Below the pieces are notes generated by a model. That model was not told the DNA's origin, searched no databases, and saw only the letters and a program-made list of their open reading frames with translations. A program made the position numbers and the translations under genes. From Geopsychrobacteraceae bacterium (lineage in GTDB: Bacteria; Desulfobacterota; Desulfuromonadia; Desulfuromonadales; Geopsychrobacteraceae), in the NCBI GenBank assembly GCA_963662315.1, contig OY759353.1, positions 2,496,001-2,560,000 on the forward strand: 64,000 nt of DNA, written 5' to 3'. Positions 43,681 to 53,281 of the stretch are shown in pieces. The first letter of the stretch is position 1. Each line of letters starts with the position of its first letter.

Positions 43681-44562
43681 ATGGTTAAGCAATTAACACC
43701 TGAAGAGCTTCAGAAAATCGTTCGTTCAGTGCCGATGCTCTCGTCCAGTGCCAGTCAGCTACTGCATATTGCGGCAAAACCGGACCATGATCTGGTTGAA
43801 GTCATCAACCTGGTCAAGACTGACGCCAACCTTACCGCCCGGGTTCTTAAAATTGTGAATTCGGCTGCTTTTGCGCTGGTGAATAAAGTGACGTCTATTG
43901 ACCGCGCAGTTTCGTTCCTGGGGGAACGGATAATCGTCAGTGTCGCCATAGGGGACTGTGCCGGTAAACTTATGGAGCGTGAGCTCGCCGGTTACGCTGC
44001 CCAGAGGGGTTCTTTGTGGAAACATGATTTGCGTTCTGCCATTGCCGCTCGCGAGGTTGTTACCCAGAGCGGTGCTGAAATCAGTCCAGAACTAGCATTT
44101 ACTGCTGGTCTATTGCATGATATCGGTAAAGCGCTGATTTCTGATTATCTGGCCGGAACAGCTCCGGATGCTGTGAGCATGATCACTGCAGAAGACAGCT
44201 ATGATTACCTGGACGCAGAAAAGCAGCTGGTTGGCTTCAACCACACTCAGGCTGGCTTTGAACTGGCAAAAAGCTGGGAACTGCCCGACGAACTGGTTGC
44301 GGCAATTCGCTATCATCATGAACCGGATCAGGCTGCGCAGGAGTTTCGCGCCCTCGTCTATGCCGTCCACCTTGGTGATGTCATTGCCATGATGGGGGGC
44401 TTTGGAACCGGTTCCGACAGCATGCGCTACAAGCTTGATCAGGGCTACACCGAATATATAAAACTCAGTCCGAAAACTTTGCCCAGCATCATGCTGGCGG
44501 TCGATATGGAATTTGACAAACTCGAAGCGTCATTTAATGACTCGGGAGAAAATCACTCATGA
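43681..44562 (+). CDS. Stand-alone HDOD domain protein
   Basis: ARVLKIVNSA, AFTAGLLHDIGK, SWELP...IRYHH. Confidence 0.92.
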   Translation: MVKQLTPEELQKIVRSVPMLSSSASQLLHIAAKPDHDLVEVINLVKTDANLTARVLKIVNSAAFALVNKVTSIDRAVSFLGERIIVSVAIGDCAGKLMERELAGYAAQRGSLWKHDLRSAIAAREVVTQSGAEISPELAFTAGLLHDIGKALISDYLAGTAPDAVSMITAEDSYDYLDAEKQLVGFNHTQAGFELAKSWELPDELVAAIRYHHEPDQAAQEFRALVYAVHLGDVIAMMGGFGTGSDSMRYKLDQGYTEYIKLSPKTLPSIMLAVDMEFDKLEASFNDSGENHS

Positions 44563-44930
44563 AACGAATTATAGTTGCGGATGATTCAGCCACCGCCCGA
44601 ATGTTTATCAAGCGCTGTTTGCAGATAATCGGTTTAGGGGATGCCGAAATCATTGAAGCTGAGCACGGAAAAGAAGCTCTGACAGCAGCCAAGGCCCAGC
44701 CGGTTGACTTGTTACTGACAGATCTGAACATGCCCGTTATGGATGGAGAGACCCTGGTCAAGTGGGTCAAGGCCAGTCCCAAACTTTGCGAGCTCCCCGT
44801 CATAGTCATAACCAGTGCAGGGAACCCGGCCAAGGAGGCCCAACTCCTTGCCCTTGGAGCCTACCGGGTTTTAAACAAACCGGTGTCTCCACCAATCATG
44901 ATGGACGCACTGGCAGATTTTCTCGATTAG
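44559..44930 (+). CDS. Single-domain response regulator (CheY-like)
   Basis: VADDS, LTDLNMP, ITS, NKP. Confidence 0.92.
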   Translation: MKRIIVADDSATARMFIKRCLQIIGLGDAEIIEAEHGKEALTAAKAQPVDLLLTDLNMPVMDGETLVKWVKASPKLCELPVIVITSAGNPAKEAQLLALGAYRVLNKPVSPPIMMDALADFLD

Positions 44931-44957
44931 CACCGCACTGACAAGGAGTTTACAATA

Positions 44958-45431
44958 ATGAAAGACAGCAAATTTTATCAGGCCATGATCAATGCCGTCA
45001 GCAAAACCCTGGAAAACATGATTTTCCTTGAAGCAATGGAGCATTTTGACCGCAGTTACGAGATTCCTAAAGACGAAGCGGTGTGGACATCACTGCTGAT
45101 TACTGATCCAGTTCAGGGTGAGTTGCGTTTGGTTATGAGCAAAGATACTTTGCAGAAGTTTACCGATAATGTCTTTGGCTTTGAGGTTGATGAAATTACC
45201 GACAAGCAAAGAGATGATATTCTTAACGAACTGCTTAACACCATCGCCGGACTGTTTATGACCAACCTCATGACAGCTGACGAAAAATATCAGCTGGGCC
45301 TACCAGAACTTGGCGAAGGTCCGGTCAGTCCACCGGATGCCGATACTATCGTCTGGAAACTGATGAGCAGTGAAGAAGATGCCATCTTTATTTATGCGAA
45401 TGGTGTCCCGCTGGTGGCACTGAACAAATAA
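44958..45431 (+). CDS. CheX-like phosphatase
   Basis: TLENMIF N-terminus, DILNELLNTIAG (ExxN), LGLP. Confidence 0.8.
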   Translation: MKDSKFYQAMINAVSKTLENMIFLEAMEHFDRSYEIPKDEAVWTSLLITDPVQGELRLVMSKDTLQKFTDNVFGFEVDEITDKQRDDILNELLNTIAGLFMTNLMTADEKYQLGLPELGEGPVSPPDADTIVWKLMSSEEDAIFIYANGVPLVALNK

Positions 45432-45476
45432 CCCAACTTACTTTCAACCGCTACAAAATGATAAAGGAGCCCCATC

Positions 45477-45848
45477 ATGGGTAAAACTGTTCTTATTGTT
45501 GATGATTCCAACACCATGCGCAAAATTGTTTCACGTGCGCTGCGTCAGGCCGGTATTGATTTCAGTACCATCCTTGAAGCCGCCGATGGGCAGGAAGCAC
45601 TCGATGTCCTTGCCAGCAACAATGTCGACGTAGTCCTGAGTGACATTAATATGCCCAACATGAATGGCCTTGAATTTCTCAAAGCAAAATCAGAAAATCC
45701 TGCCATCAAGAATATTCCAGTTGTCATGATCTCAACCGAAACAGGTGCAGATATTATTGATGAAGCAAAATCTTATGGCGCCAAAGGGGCCATCAAGAAA
45801 CCGTTTACGCCTGACCTGATCAACGAGACTTTGGGCGCCCTGCTCTAA
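45477..45848 (+). CDS. cheY: CheY response regulator
   Basis: VLIVDDSNTMRKIV, SDINMPNMNG, MISTE, KKPFT. Confidence 0.9.
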   Translation: MGKTVLIVDDSNTMRKIVSRALRQAGIDFSTILEAADGQEALDVLASNNVDVVLSDINMPNMNGLEFLKAKSENPAIKNIPVVMISTETGADIIDEAKSYGAKGAIKKPFTPDLINETLGALL

Positions 45849-45925
45849 ACCGATAAAACTGTCCCCAAGTATTGCCTTTCTTCAGATGCAGTAGTTGGGG
45901 ACCTTTATTTTACGAGGAGATTCCT

Positions 45926-46387
45926 GTGACACACGCTCAACATCTCATTGACTCCACCCAGGAGATCTTTTCCAGCATGATCTTCCTTGAGGTCGCTCCT
46001 GGTGAACCATTTAAACGTACCAATGCCCCGCTTACGAACAGTATTTCTGGCATGATCGGCCTTGCTGGCACGATCAAAGGATCGTTGTCTATCCATCTTC
46101 CAAACAGTGCGGCACTTGCGGTCACTACAGCATTTCTTGGCATGGATGTTGAGGAAATTGACGAAGATGTCAAAGACGCTATTGGTGAACTTGCCAATAT
46201 GCTTGGTGGCAGCCTGAAGGCCGTTTTAGACCCTACTGGTAGTGGCATCAAACTGTCTATGCCGTCCACCGTTTACGGCGAAGAGTATTCCATTGACTGT
46301 CTAGCAGAAGCAGAGACCGTTGCCGTCCCATTTTCCTTTGATGGACAAACTTTCATTGTTGAGTTGCAACTCCGTATAGAAAGCTGA
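45926..46387 (+). CDS. cheX: CheX phosphatase
   Basis: ISGMIGLAG, DAIGELANMLGG, LSMP; GTG start after GAGGAG. Confidence 0.92.
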   Translation: MTHAQHLIDSTQEIFSSMIFLEVAPGEPFKRTNAPLTNSISGMIGLAGTIKGSLSIHLPNSAALAVTTAFLGMDVEEIDEDVKDAIGELANMLGGSLKAVLDPTGSGIKLSMPSTVYGEEYSIDCLAEAETVAVPFSFDGQTFIVELQLRIES

Positions 46388-46581
46388 CTCATATACGGAG
46401 TCTAAGAGCATCCTTCTGACAAAGCTGCCTTCTAGGACAAGACCCTGGTCTCCCGGCCGGGTAACTTGTCGGCCCCGCTTTTCAGACAGTACAGATACAT
46501 CCAGATCAGCCCCCTGGACACATACCATTAGTGTACCAAACTGGGTTCTGCATAAAATTTGCAACTTTCAGGAGCCTAACT

Positions 46582-47040
46582 GTGGAATTTGCTAAAAAAA
46601 TTACCGAAACAACCGAAGAGATCTTTAGCACCATGATCTTTATGGACATCACCCCCCAGGCTCAGTTAGAAGCAACAAAAGAGGTCCTTGGGTGTCATGT
46701 TTCGGCCATGATCGGCCTAACCGGTGGGTTTTCCGCAATGCTCGGAATTCATTGCCCGGAGGCTGTCGGACTGGCGATCACTGGTGAAATGCTGGGCATG
46801 GAAATCACACAGATCGATGCTGATGTTAAAGACGCTCTCGGGGAAATAGCCAACATGGTTGCCGGTGGTATCAAGGAGCGCTTCTGCGCTGAAAATGTCA
46901 GCCTTGAGCTGGCAATACCGACAGCTGTCTCAGGAAAATCCTACACGATCTCCGCGCCCTCAGGAAGCAACAGGGTTATTATTCCGTTTCAGGTTGAAGC
47001 GGGAACCTTTTTCATTGAACTGAAATACAATCTGAACTGA
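46582..47040 (+). CDS. cheX: CheX phosphatase, second paralogue
   Basis: VSAMIGLTG, DALGEIANMVAG, LAIPT; GTG start after AGGAG. Confidence 0.92.
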   Translation: MEFAKKITETTEEIFSTMIFMDITPQAQLEATKEVLGCHVSAMIGLTGGFSAMLGIHCPEAVGLAITGEMLGMEITQIDADVKDALGEIANMVAGGIKERFCAENVSLELAIPTAVSGKSYTISAPSGSNRVIIPFQVEAGTFFIELKYNLN

Positions 47041-47143
47041 TACGTGTATTCAGATGACTCTGAATACACGTCCGCAGTGCTTCGTGATATGATTTACGGA
47101 TCGTATTACTGGTAAACTGTCCGGTTGTGGATAAGAGGTCACT

Positions 47144-49060
47144 TTGGATCAACGCGCGATCATCAATGTTGTCTGTAAAGCAGCACTCAATAATCTGAGT
47201 AGCGAAATCAGCGCACTACTCGGCCATGACCTTGTCTGCTCAGGCATTAAGCTGGAATCAGCGACTAAAGAACAGCTGTTCAGCAACCCGGACCGTCCCA
47301 AAACCGCCCTGGCCCATATGACAGTCGGTGGGGAGCGTGAGGGGCTCAGTTACCTCTTCTGTCCGATGGCATCTGCTGCAATACTGGGTGGCACGCTCAT
47401 CATGCTCCCCGAAGACATGATTCATGAACATGTTGCAAAGGAACAGCTTGACGGAGAACTGAATGACGCTTTCGGTGAAGTTGCCAACATCATTGCCGGT
47501 GTCTTTACTCAGGCATTCGTTGATAAATACTCGAAAACCATTCGTTTTATCAAAAAGAATGTTGAACCGTTAATCCCAACCAAGGTGGATCCCGATAGCA
47601 ACGCTCCGTTCCCTCCTGGAAATTACTATGTAGCCGCCTGCCATATGGCCATGGGCGGTCAGGACTTAGGAACTCTGGAACTCATTGTTCCTCATGCTAT
47701 TTTTGATCTGGAAGAAGCCTCTCCCGAAGCGGTCCAACCACAACAATCAGCCCCTCAAAAAGCCCCGGCGCAAAACGCAACAGCGCCACAGAAACAGCCA
47801 GAGGCTGCCACTGCAGAAGCGACTCCAAATCAACCACCACTTTCTGACACGGCCTCAGCTCCAGAGGCAAAACCGAAAAAGAAACTGTCTTTTGCTGATC
47901 AGAAAAAACTGGTTGATGTCGTTTTTAAAACGACAATCTCCCAGATTGGCGAAGAAGTCGGTACACTCCTTGGCCAACCGCTAAAATGTGATGATGTGAA
48001 GCTAGTGTTGACGAGCAAAGCAGACTTCTTTTCACAGCATTGCCTTGAAAAATCAGTTGTCAGCCATATGAAAGTTACCGGCGACCAGCAGGGGCTCGGC
48101 TTCCTGATCGCTCAGGTTCCCGATTCAATCATCATGGGGGGAACTCTGATCATGCTCCCTGATGATCAAATTGAGGAACGCCAAAAAGCTGGCACCTTCG
48201 ATGGTGAAGTCGCTGACGCATACGGAGAAATTGCCAATATCATTTCGGGTAGTCTGACCCAGACTTTTCTTGATCGCTACCCACAGCAGATACGCTTTAT
48301 AAGAACCGATTCCGAGGTCATCACTCCAACCAAAATGGATCTGGATTCCGACCAGCCATTCCCGGAAGGAACCTATTACCTGGCGTCCTTCGATCTTCAC
48401 ATGGACGAGTTTGAACTCAACCGGATGTTCCTGATTTTCCCTGCGGACGTGTTTAACCTTGAAGATACCCTACCAGGACCCTCCAAGGCTGCCAGCCCAG
48501 CTGAAATACCCGCCCCCGGCGAATGGGGTGGTCCTCCAGCAGAAACTGCTGTGGCTAACGGACCAGCCCCAGGCGAATGGGGCGGACCACCTCTTCCCGT
48601 GGATCAGACAGGCACAACGGGTCAACAACCTGCGCCACATGCGGCGGCTCCCGCAGGCCAACCTCAAAACCTGTCCAAAGGGATAAATGGCGGCTCAGCG
48701 GTCCTCATCATAAGTGATCAACAAGACAATGCTGCGACCTTTGTTGATATTCTATCAGCAGCGGGATATCAATGCCAGGTACTGTCATTTCAGGACGACA
48801 TCAGAGATAAATTCCAGCAGTTTCAGGTTCAGGGAATTTTCCTTGTTATGAACCAAGTCGGTGAAAAAGGGTTTGCAGCAGCAATTAAGCTGCAGTCAGC
48901 CGGTCGACCGCTGCCACCGATCATCTTTGCCGGCCCGGATTGGACTCGCAGTGCCGTATTGCGGGCTGTCAAATATGGTGCCAAAGATATCTTACTGACA
49001 CCAGCCAGTGGTGAGGAAATTAAGGAAAAGATTAGCCAACATTTAAAAAAGGCCAGCTGA
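47144..49060 (+). CDS. Protein with two CheC/CheX-like domains, Pro/Ala-rich linkers and a degenerate receiver domain
   Basis: Internal duplication (GGTLIMLP...DAFGEVANIIAG / DAYGEIANIISG...PFP.G.YY); C-terminal receiver-like fold. Confidence 0.8.
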   Translation: MDQRAIINVVCKAALNNLSSEISALLGHDLVCSGIKLESATKEQLFSNPDRPKTALAHMTVGGEREGLSYLFCPMASAAILGGTLIMLPEDMIHEHVAKEQLDGELNDAFGEVANIIAGVFTQAFVDKYSKTIRFIKKNVEPLIPTKVDPDSNAPFPPGNYYVAACHMAMGGQDLGTLELIVPHAIFDLEEASPEAVQPQQSAPQKAPAQNATAPQKQPEAATAEATPNQPPLSDTASAPEAKPKKKLSFADQKKLVDVVFKTTISQIGEEVGTLLGQPLKCDDVKLVLTSKADFFSQHCLEKSVVSHMKVTGDQQGLGFLIAQVPDSIIMGGTLIMLPDDQIEERQKAGTFDGEVADAYGEIANIISGSLTQTFLDRYPQQIRFIRTDSEVITPTKMDLDSDQPFPEGTYYLASFDLHMDEFELNRMFLIFPADVFNLEDTLPGPSKAASPAEIPAPGEWGGPPAETAVANGPAPGEWGGPPLPVDQTGTTGQQPAPHAAAPAGQPQNLSKGINGGSAVLIISDQQDNAATFVDILSAAGYQCQVLSFQDDIRDKFQQFQVQGIFLVMNQVGEKGFAAAIKLQSAGRPLPPIIFAGPDWTRSAVLRAVKYGAKDILLTPASGEEIKEKISQHLKKAS

Positions 49061-49194
49061 AACTGATTTTTTTAAAATGTCAGGATCTCAGATTTGAAAT
49101 GTCTGATGTCACAGTCCGACAGCGTCCTAACCTGCAGGCTGTGAGATCTGAATGTGAAATTTAAGATAAAGAGGTCTTGGAATATTGGCAAAGC

Positions 49195-50220
49195 TCACGC
49201 TTCTAGACCTTTTTTCTTAATTTTTTCGATCAGAGTGGTGCGTTTGAGGTTCAATAGTCGCGCCGCTTCTTTCTTATTCCCCGCAGAGCGTTCCAGAGCT
49301 TCCAGAATCAGACGATCTTCAAAATCACTGATTAACTGATTGAAATCGACAATGCCTTCCGTCCATTGCACCTCGGGAGGATCAATAAGAATATTCCTCG
49401 TGGTCTCGGTTTCCACAAGAGCCTCAGTCTCAGACTCAGCAACTTCACAGCGATATTTTTCTGGCAGTTCCTTGATCGTCACCTTTTTACCACGGTGAAG
49501 AATAACCAGACGCTGAACCAGGTTCTCCAGCTCCCTGACATTGCCTGGCCAGTGATAGGCCTGCAGTGATTTAAGAGCAACGGACCCAAGGGTTGTCCGA
49601 CGATCCCCCTTACGCCGGCTGAAGCGATCAATAAAATTTTCAATCAGCAGACCAATATCGTCACGCCGCTCACGTAAGGCTGGAGCCTCCACCGGAATAA
49701 CTGCCAGCCGGTAGTAAAGGTCTTCCCGAAAACGCCCTTCGGCAACCAAACTTTCCAGATGCTGGTGGGTTGCGGCAATAACCCTGACATCGACCTTGAC
49801 AGGTTTGACCCCCCCGACCGGCTCAACTTCACGCTCCTGCAGAACCCGCAGCAACTTCGCCTGGAGCCCGGGCTTCATATCCCCAATTTCATCCAGAAAC
49901 AGGGTACCGCCATCAGCAAACTGGACACGTCCTATTTTGGACTGCTGGGCACCGGTAAAGGCCCCCTTGACATAACCGAATAATTCACTTTCAAGCAGCT
50001 CATCGGGTATGGCGGCACAATTGACCGGAACAAAGGCCGCTACATTACGTGGACTGTTCTCATGGATAGCCCTGGCGATCAGCTCTTTACCAGTACCACT
50101 TTCCCCCTGAATAAGGACTGTACTGTCCCCTTCTTCAGCAACACAGGCAATCAGCTCAAAAAGCTCCTGCATCTGAGAAGACTGCCCTATCATTCCGGAA
50201 AAAGCCTGTACCTGTGTCAT
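49195..50220 (-). CDS. Sigma54-dependent activator (FleQ/FlrA-like AAA+ and Fis HTH) without a regulatory N-domain
   Basis: GESGTGKE, ESELFG, GAFTGA, FLDEIG, WPGNVRELEN, AARLLNLKRTTLIEK. Confidence 0.93.
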   Translation of the reverse strand: MTQVQAFSGMIGQSSQMQELFELIACVAEEGDSTVLIQGESGTGKELIARAIHENSPRNVAAFVPVNCAAIPDELLESELFGYVKGAFTGAQQSKIGRVQFADGGTLFLDEIGDMKPGLQAKLLRVLQEREVEPVGGVKPVKVDVRVIAATHQHLESLVAEGRFREDLYYRLAVIPVEAPALRERRDDIGLLIENFIDRFSRRKGDRRTTLGSVALKSLQAYHWPGNVRELENLVQRLVILHRGKKVTIKELPEKYRCEVAESETEALVETETTRNILIDPPEVQWTEGIVDFNQLISDFEDRLILEALERSAGNKKEAARLLNLKRTTLIEKIKKKGLEA

Positions 50221-50406
50221 GAAACATCCTACTTTGGGTTATTGATAAATCCACAATGAGGTATAGATAATATATTTTTTATAATGTGTCAATATTTAGA
50301 CACATTATAAAAAAGAATGAACAGTTTTTTAGTATTTTTTAAACCGGCCGACAGGAAGTCAGAGTTTTGACTTGAAGCACATTGCTTTATCACGATTGGC
50401 TTTAAT

Positions 50407-50441
50407 AAAAAAGGATTGAGTTCTAAACCCAATCCTTTTTT
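50407..50441. terminator. Intrinsic terminator downstream of ugd
   Basis: aaaaaaggattg...caatcctttttt. Confidence 0.8.
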
Positions 50442-50507
50442 ACCTTAGTTACCAGCATTTAAGAGGCATGCGGACTTACGGCGGAAGTCGTGATTTCCAA
50501 ACGACAA

Positions 50508-51686
50508 CTAAAAATCACCGCCAAATAAGTCCCGCGTATACACCTTCTCCGCGACATCACGAATATCTTCAACCATGCGGTTGGCGATGATGACATCGCT
50601 AATTTGCTTAAACTCCTGTAGATCTTTGATCACTCTTGAATTAAAAAATTCATCGCCTTCAAGAACCGGTTCATAGACCACCACAGGAATCCCCTTGGCC
50701 TTTATCCGCTTCATAACACCCTGAATTGCCGAAGCACGGAAGTTGTCAGATCCAGCCTTCATGACCAGTCGATAGACTCCAACAGTTTTCGGTTTACGCT
50801 TGATGATGGCATCGGCGACAAAATCTTTACGCGTCCGGTTGGCATCAACAATAGCGCGAATCAGATTATTCGGAACCTCGTCATAATTGGCCAATAACTG
50901 CTTGGTATCCTTAGGTAAGCAATACCCGCCATAACCGAACGAAGGATTATTGTAATGACCGCCGATACGGGGATCAAGGCCAACCCCCTCGATAATCTGA
51001 CGAGGATCCAGCCCGTTGGTTTCAGCATAACTGTCAAGCTCGTTGAAAAAAGCCACCCGCATCGCCAGATAGGTATTGGCAAACAGCTTGATAGCTTCGG
51101 CCTCGGTTGATTCGGTCAACAGGACAGAAACATTCTCTTTAATCGCCCCCTGCTTGAGCAGATCAGCAAATACCAGGCCGCGCTCACTGCGTTCGCCGAC
51201 GATTATCCGCGAGGGGTGAAGGTTATCATACAATGCTTTCCCTTCACGCAGGAATTCAGGGGAGAAAATCAGCTGGGTTGTCTGCAAACGTTCCCGCAGT
51301 GACTGAGTGAAACCAACAGGAACCGTCGATTTAATGACCATGGTTGCTTCAGGGTTAACCCGCATAACATCAGCTATGACGGATTCAACGCTGGTGGTAT
51401 TAAAGTAGTTGGTTTCAGGATCGTAATCGGTCGGAGTCGCAATAATAACAAAGTCCGCCCCCCTGTAAGCATCCTCTTTATCCAGAGTTGCCCGCAGGTT
51501 CAATTGGTGTGTGGCCAAGTAATCTTCGAGCTCTGAATCAGCGATAGGCGACTTTTTATTATTGATCAGTTCCACCTTGAATTCGGCAATATCAAGCGCC
51601 ACAACTTCATTATGCTGCGCCAGGAGAACAGCATTGGACAAACCAACGTATCCGGTACCGGCAACTACAATTTTATAAGTTCTCAT
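50508..51686 (-). CDS. ugd: UDP-glucose 6-dehydrogenase
   Basis: [33 protein letters not shown]; start MRTYKIVV. Confidence 0.96.
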   Translation of the reverse strand: MRTYKIVVAGTGYVGLSNAVLLAQHNEVVALDIAEFKVELINNKKSPIADSELEDYLATHQLNLRATLDKEDAYRGADFVIIATPTDYDPETNYFNTTSVESVIADVMRVNPEATMVIKSTVPVGFTQSLRERLQTTQLIFSPEFLREGKALYDNLHPSRIIVGERSERGLVFADLLKQGAIKENVSVLLTESTEAEAIKLFANTYLAMRVAFFNELDSYAETNGLDPRQIIEGVGLDPRIGGHYNNPSFGYGGYCLPKDTKQLLANYDEVPNNLIRAIVDANRTRKDFVADAIIKRKPKTVGVYRLVMKAGSDNFRASAIQGVMKRIKAKGIPVVVYEPVLEGDEFFNSRVIKDLQEFKQISDVIIANRMVEDIRDVAEKVYTRDLFGGDF

Positions 51687-51708
51687 GTAAATATATCCTA
51701 TCCATAAT

Positions 51709-51738
51709 AAAAAACGGGAGAGCAGCAAAGCTCTCCCG
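51709..51738 (-). terminator. Terminator-like hairpin after the comEA-like gene
   Basis: Minus strand cgggagagc-loop-gctctcccg-tttttt. Confidence 0.75.
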
Positions 51739-51769
51739 CTCGAGTCTCCAAGGGGACAATAATAACCAA

Positions 51770-52051
51770 TTAGTTTTTGTTATCTACCGTCACCTGATCT
51801 TTAAATTTAGCCAGGGTCTTATCACCAATGCCTTTGACGTTAACCAATTCAGATACCGATTTAAACTTATGCTCTGCACGATAAGCAATAATTGCCTCTG
51901 CAGTCTTTTCGCCAACACCGCTTAATTGGGTCAATTCAGCAACCGTGGCAGTATTGATATTAACTTTTCCTGCAGCAAAAAGTGTTGCCGGCGCAACAGT
52001 CAGAAACGTCAGAAGCAGCAGAAAAACATACAGATTTTTCAATGTTTTCAT
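51770..52051 (-). CDS. comEA: ComEA-family helix-hairpin-helix DNA-binding protein
   Basis: Signal peptide, VNINTAT..EL..LSGVG.K.A..II.YR, VKGIG. Confidence 0.92.
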   Translation of the reverse strand: MKTLKNLYVFLLLLTFLTVAPATLFAAGKVNINTATVAELTQLSGVGEKTAEAIIAYRAEHKFKSVSELVNVKGIGDKTLAKFKDQVTVDNKN

Positions 52052-52154
52052 TTAAATCCCCCTTTGATGTAAAAACCAAACTGAGCCCCCTCAGAGATAA
52101 AATGAGAATAACAGATAATCTTCCAAGATCAAGGAATAAAAAGACTTTTCTGGC

Positions 52155-53168
52155 TTATCCACCATAGCCTTCAGGATTATTTCTCTGCCAGTTCCAGCTA
52201 TCGCGCATCATATCATCAAGCCCCAGCTCTGCTTGCCAATTCAATTCTTTATTGGCCAAGGTCGGATCAGCATAACATTCGGCTATATCACCAGGGCGAC
52301 GCGGCACAATTTTAAATGGAACTATTTTCCCAGATGCGACTTCAAAAGCCTTTATCATTTCCAAGACCGAGTAACCATTGCCAGTTCCCAGGTTATAGGT
52401 AAAGACACCATTATTGTGAGCAATTCGCTCCAAAGCCCGCAGATGGCCCAATGACAAATCGACGACATGGATGTAATCACGCACCCCGGTTCCATCGCTA
52501 GTGGGGTAATCATCCCCGAAAACCGATAGCTGCTCCAGACGCCCGATAGCAACCTGGGCAATATAAGGAAGCAGGTTATTGGGAATCCCCTTGGGATCTT
52601 CACCAATACGACCTGAGATATGAGCGCCAACAGGATTAAAATAACGCAACAGCACAATGGCCCAGCGCGGATCGGATACGGAGAGATCCCTCAGAATCTC
52701 CTCAATCATCAACTTCGTCCGGCCATAAGGATTAGTCGCGGAGGTCGGAAAATCTTCCCGGATCGGGACACTGGCCGGATCACCATACACAGTTGCAGAA
52801 GAACTGAACACCAATCTAAAAACACCGGCACGGCGCATTTCATCAAGCAAGACGAGTGTGCCGTTAATGTTATTGTCATAATATTCAAGGGGGATCTGGG
52901 TTGACTCCCCAACCGCTTTCAGACCCGCAAAGTGGACAACGGAATCGATGTTGTGGGAAGCAAATATTTCACGCAGGCCAGCACCGTTACGGATATCGAC
53001 TTCGTAACAGGGAAATTGCTTACCGGTTAATTCCTGAATACGGGCAATAGATTTCTGGCTGGCATTGGCAAAATTGTCGACGATGATAACTTCATTGCCG
53101 GCATTAAGTAGTTCAACAACGGTATGGCTGCCAATATAGCCGGCTCCACCTGTGACAAGTATGGACAT
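52155..53168 (-). CDS. galE: UDP-glucose 4-epimerase
   Basis: TGGAGYIGSH, FSSSATVYG, YGRTK, RYFNPVGAH, WNWQRNNPEGY. Confidence 0.97.
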   Translation of the reverse strand: MSILVTGGAGYIGSHTVVELLNAGNEVIIVDNFANASQKSIARIQELTGKQFPCYEVDIRNGAGLREIFASHNIDSVVHFAGLKAVGESTQIPLEYYDNNINGTLVLLDEMRRAGVFRLVFSSSATVYGDPASVPIREDFPTSATNPYGRTKLMIEEILRDLSVSDPRWAIVLLRYFNPVGAHISGRIGEDPKGIPNNLLPYIAQVAIGRLEQLSVFGDDYPTSDGTGVRDYIHVVDLSLGHLRALERIAHNNGVFTYNLGTGNGYSVLEMIKAFEVASGKIVPFKIVPRRPGDIAECYADPTLANKELNWQAELGLDDMMRDSWNWQRNNPEGYGG

Positions 53169-53281
53169 AGAGTCCTCCTGAATATATCCGATAAAATCGC
53201 AGACAGACGCCAGTAACTATAGACGAAGCCTAGCGATCCTCGCGATGACCATAGCTAATATTTCAATGAGTCTGCACACTA

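Noticed and set aside
46548..46563. Sigma54-like CTGCATAAAATTTGCA upstream of the second cheX
   Set aside because: The invariant -24 GG is TG
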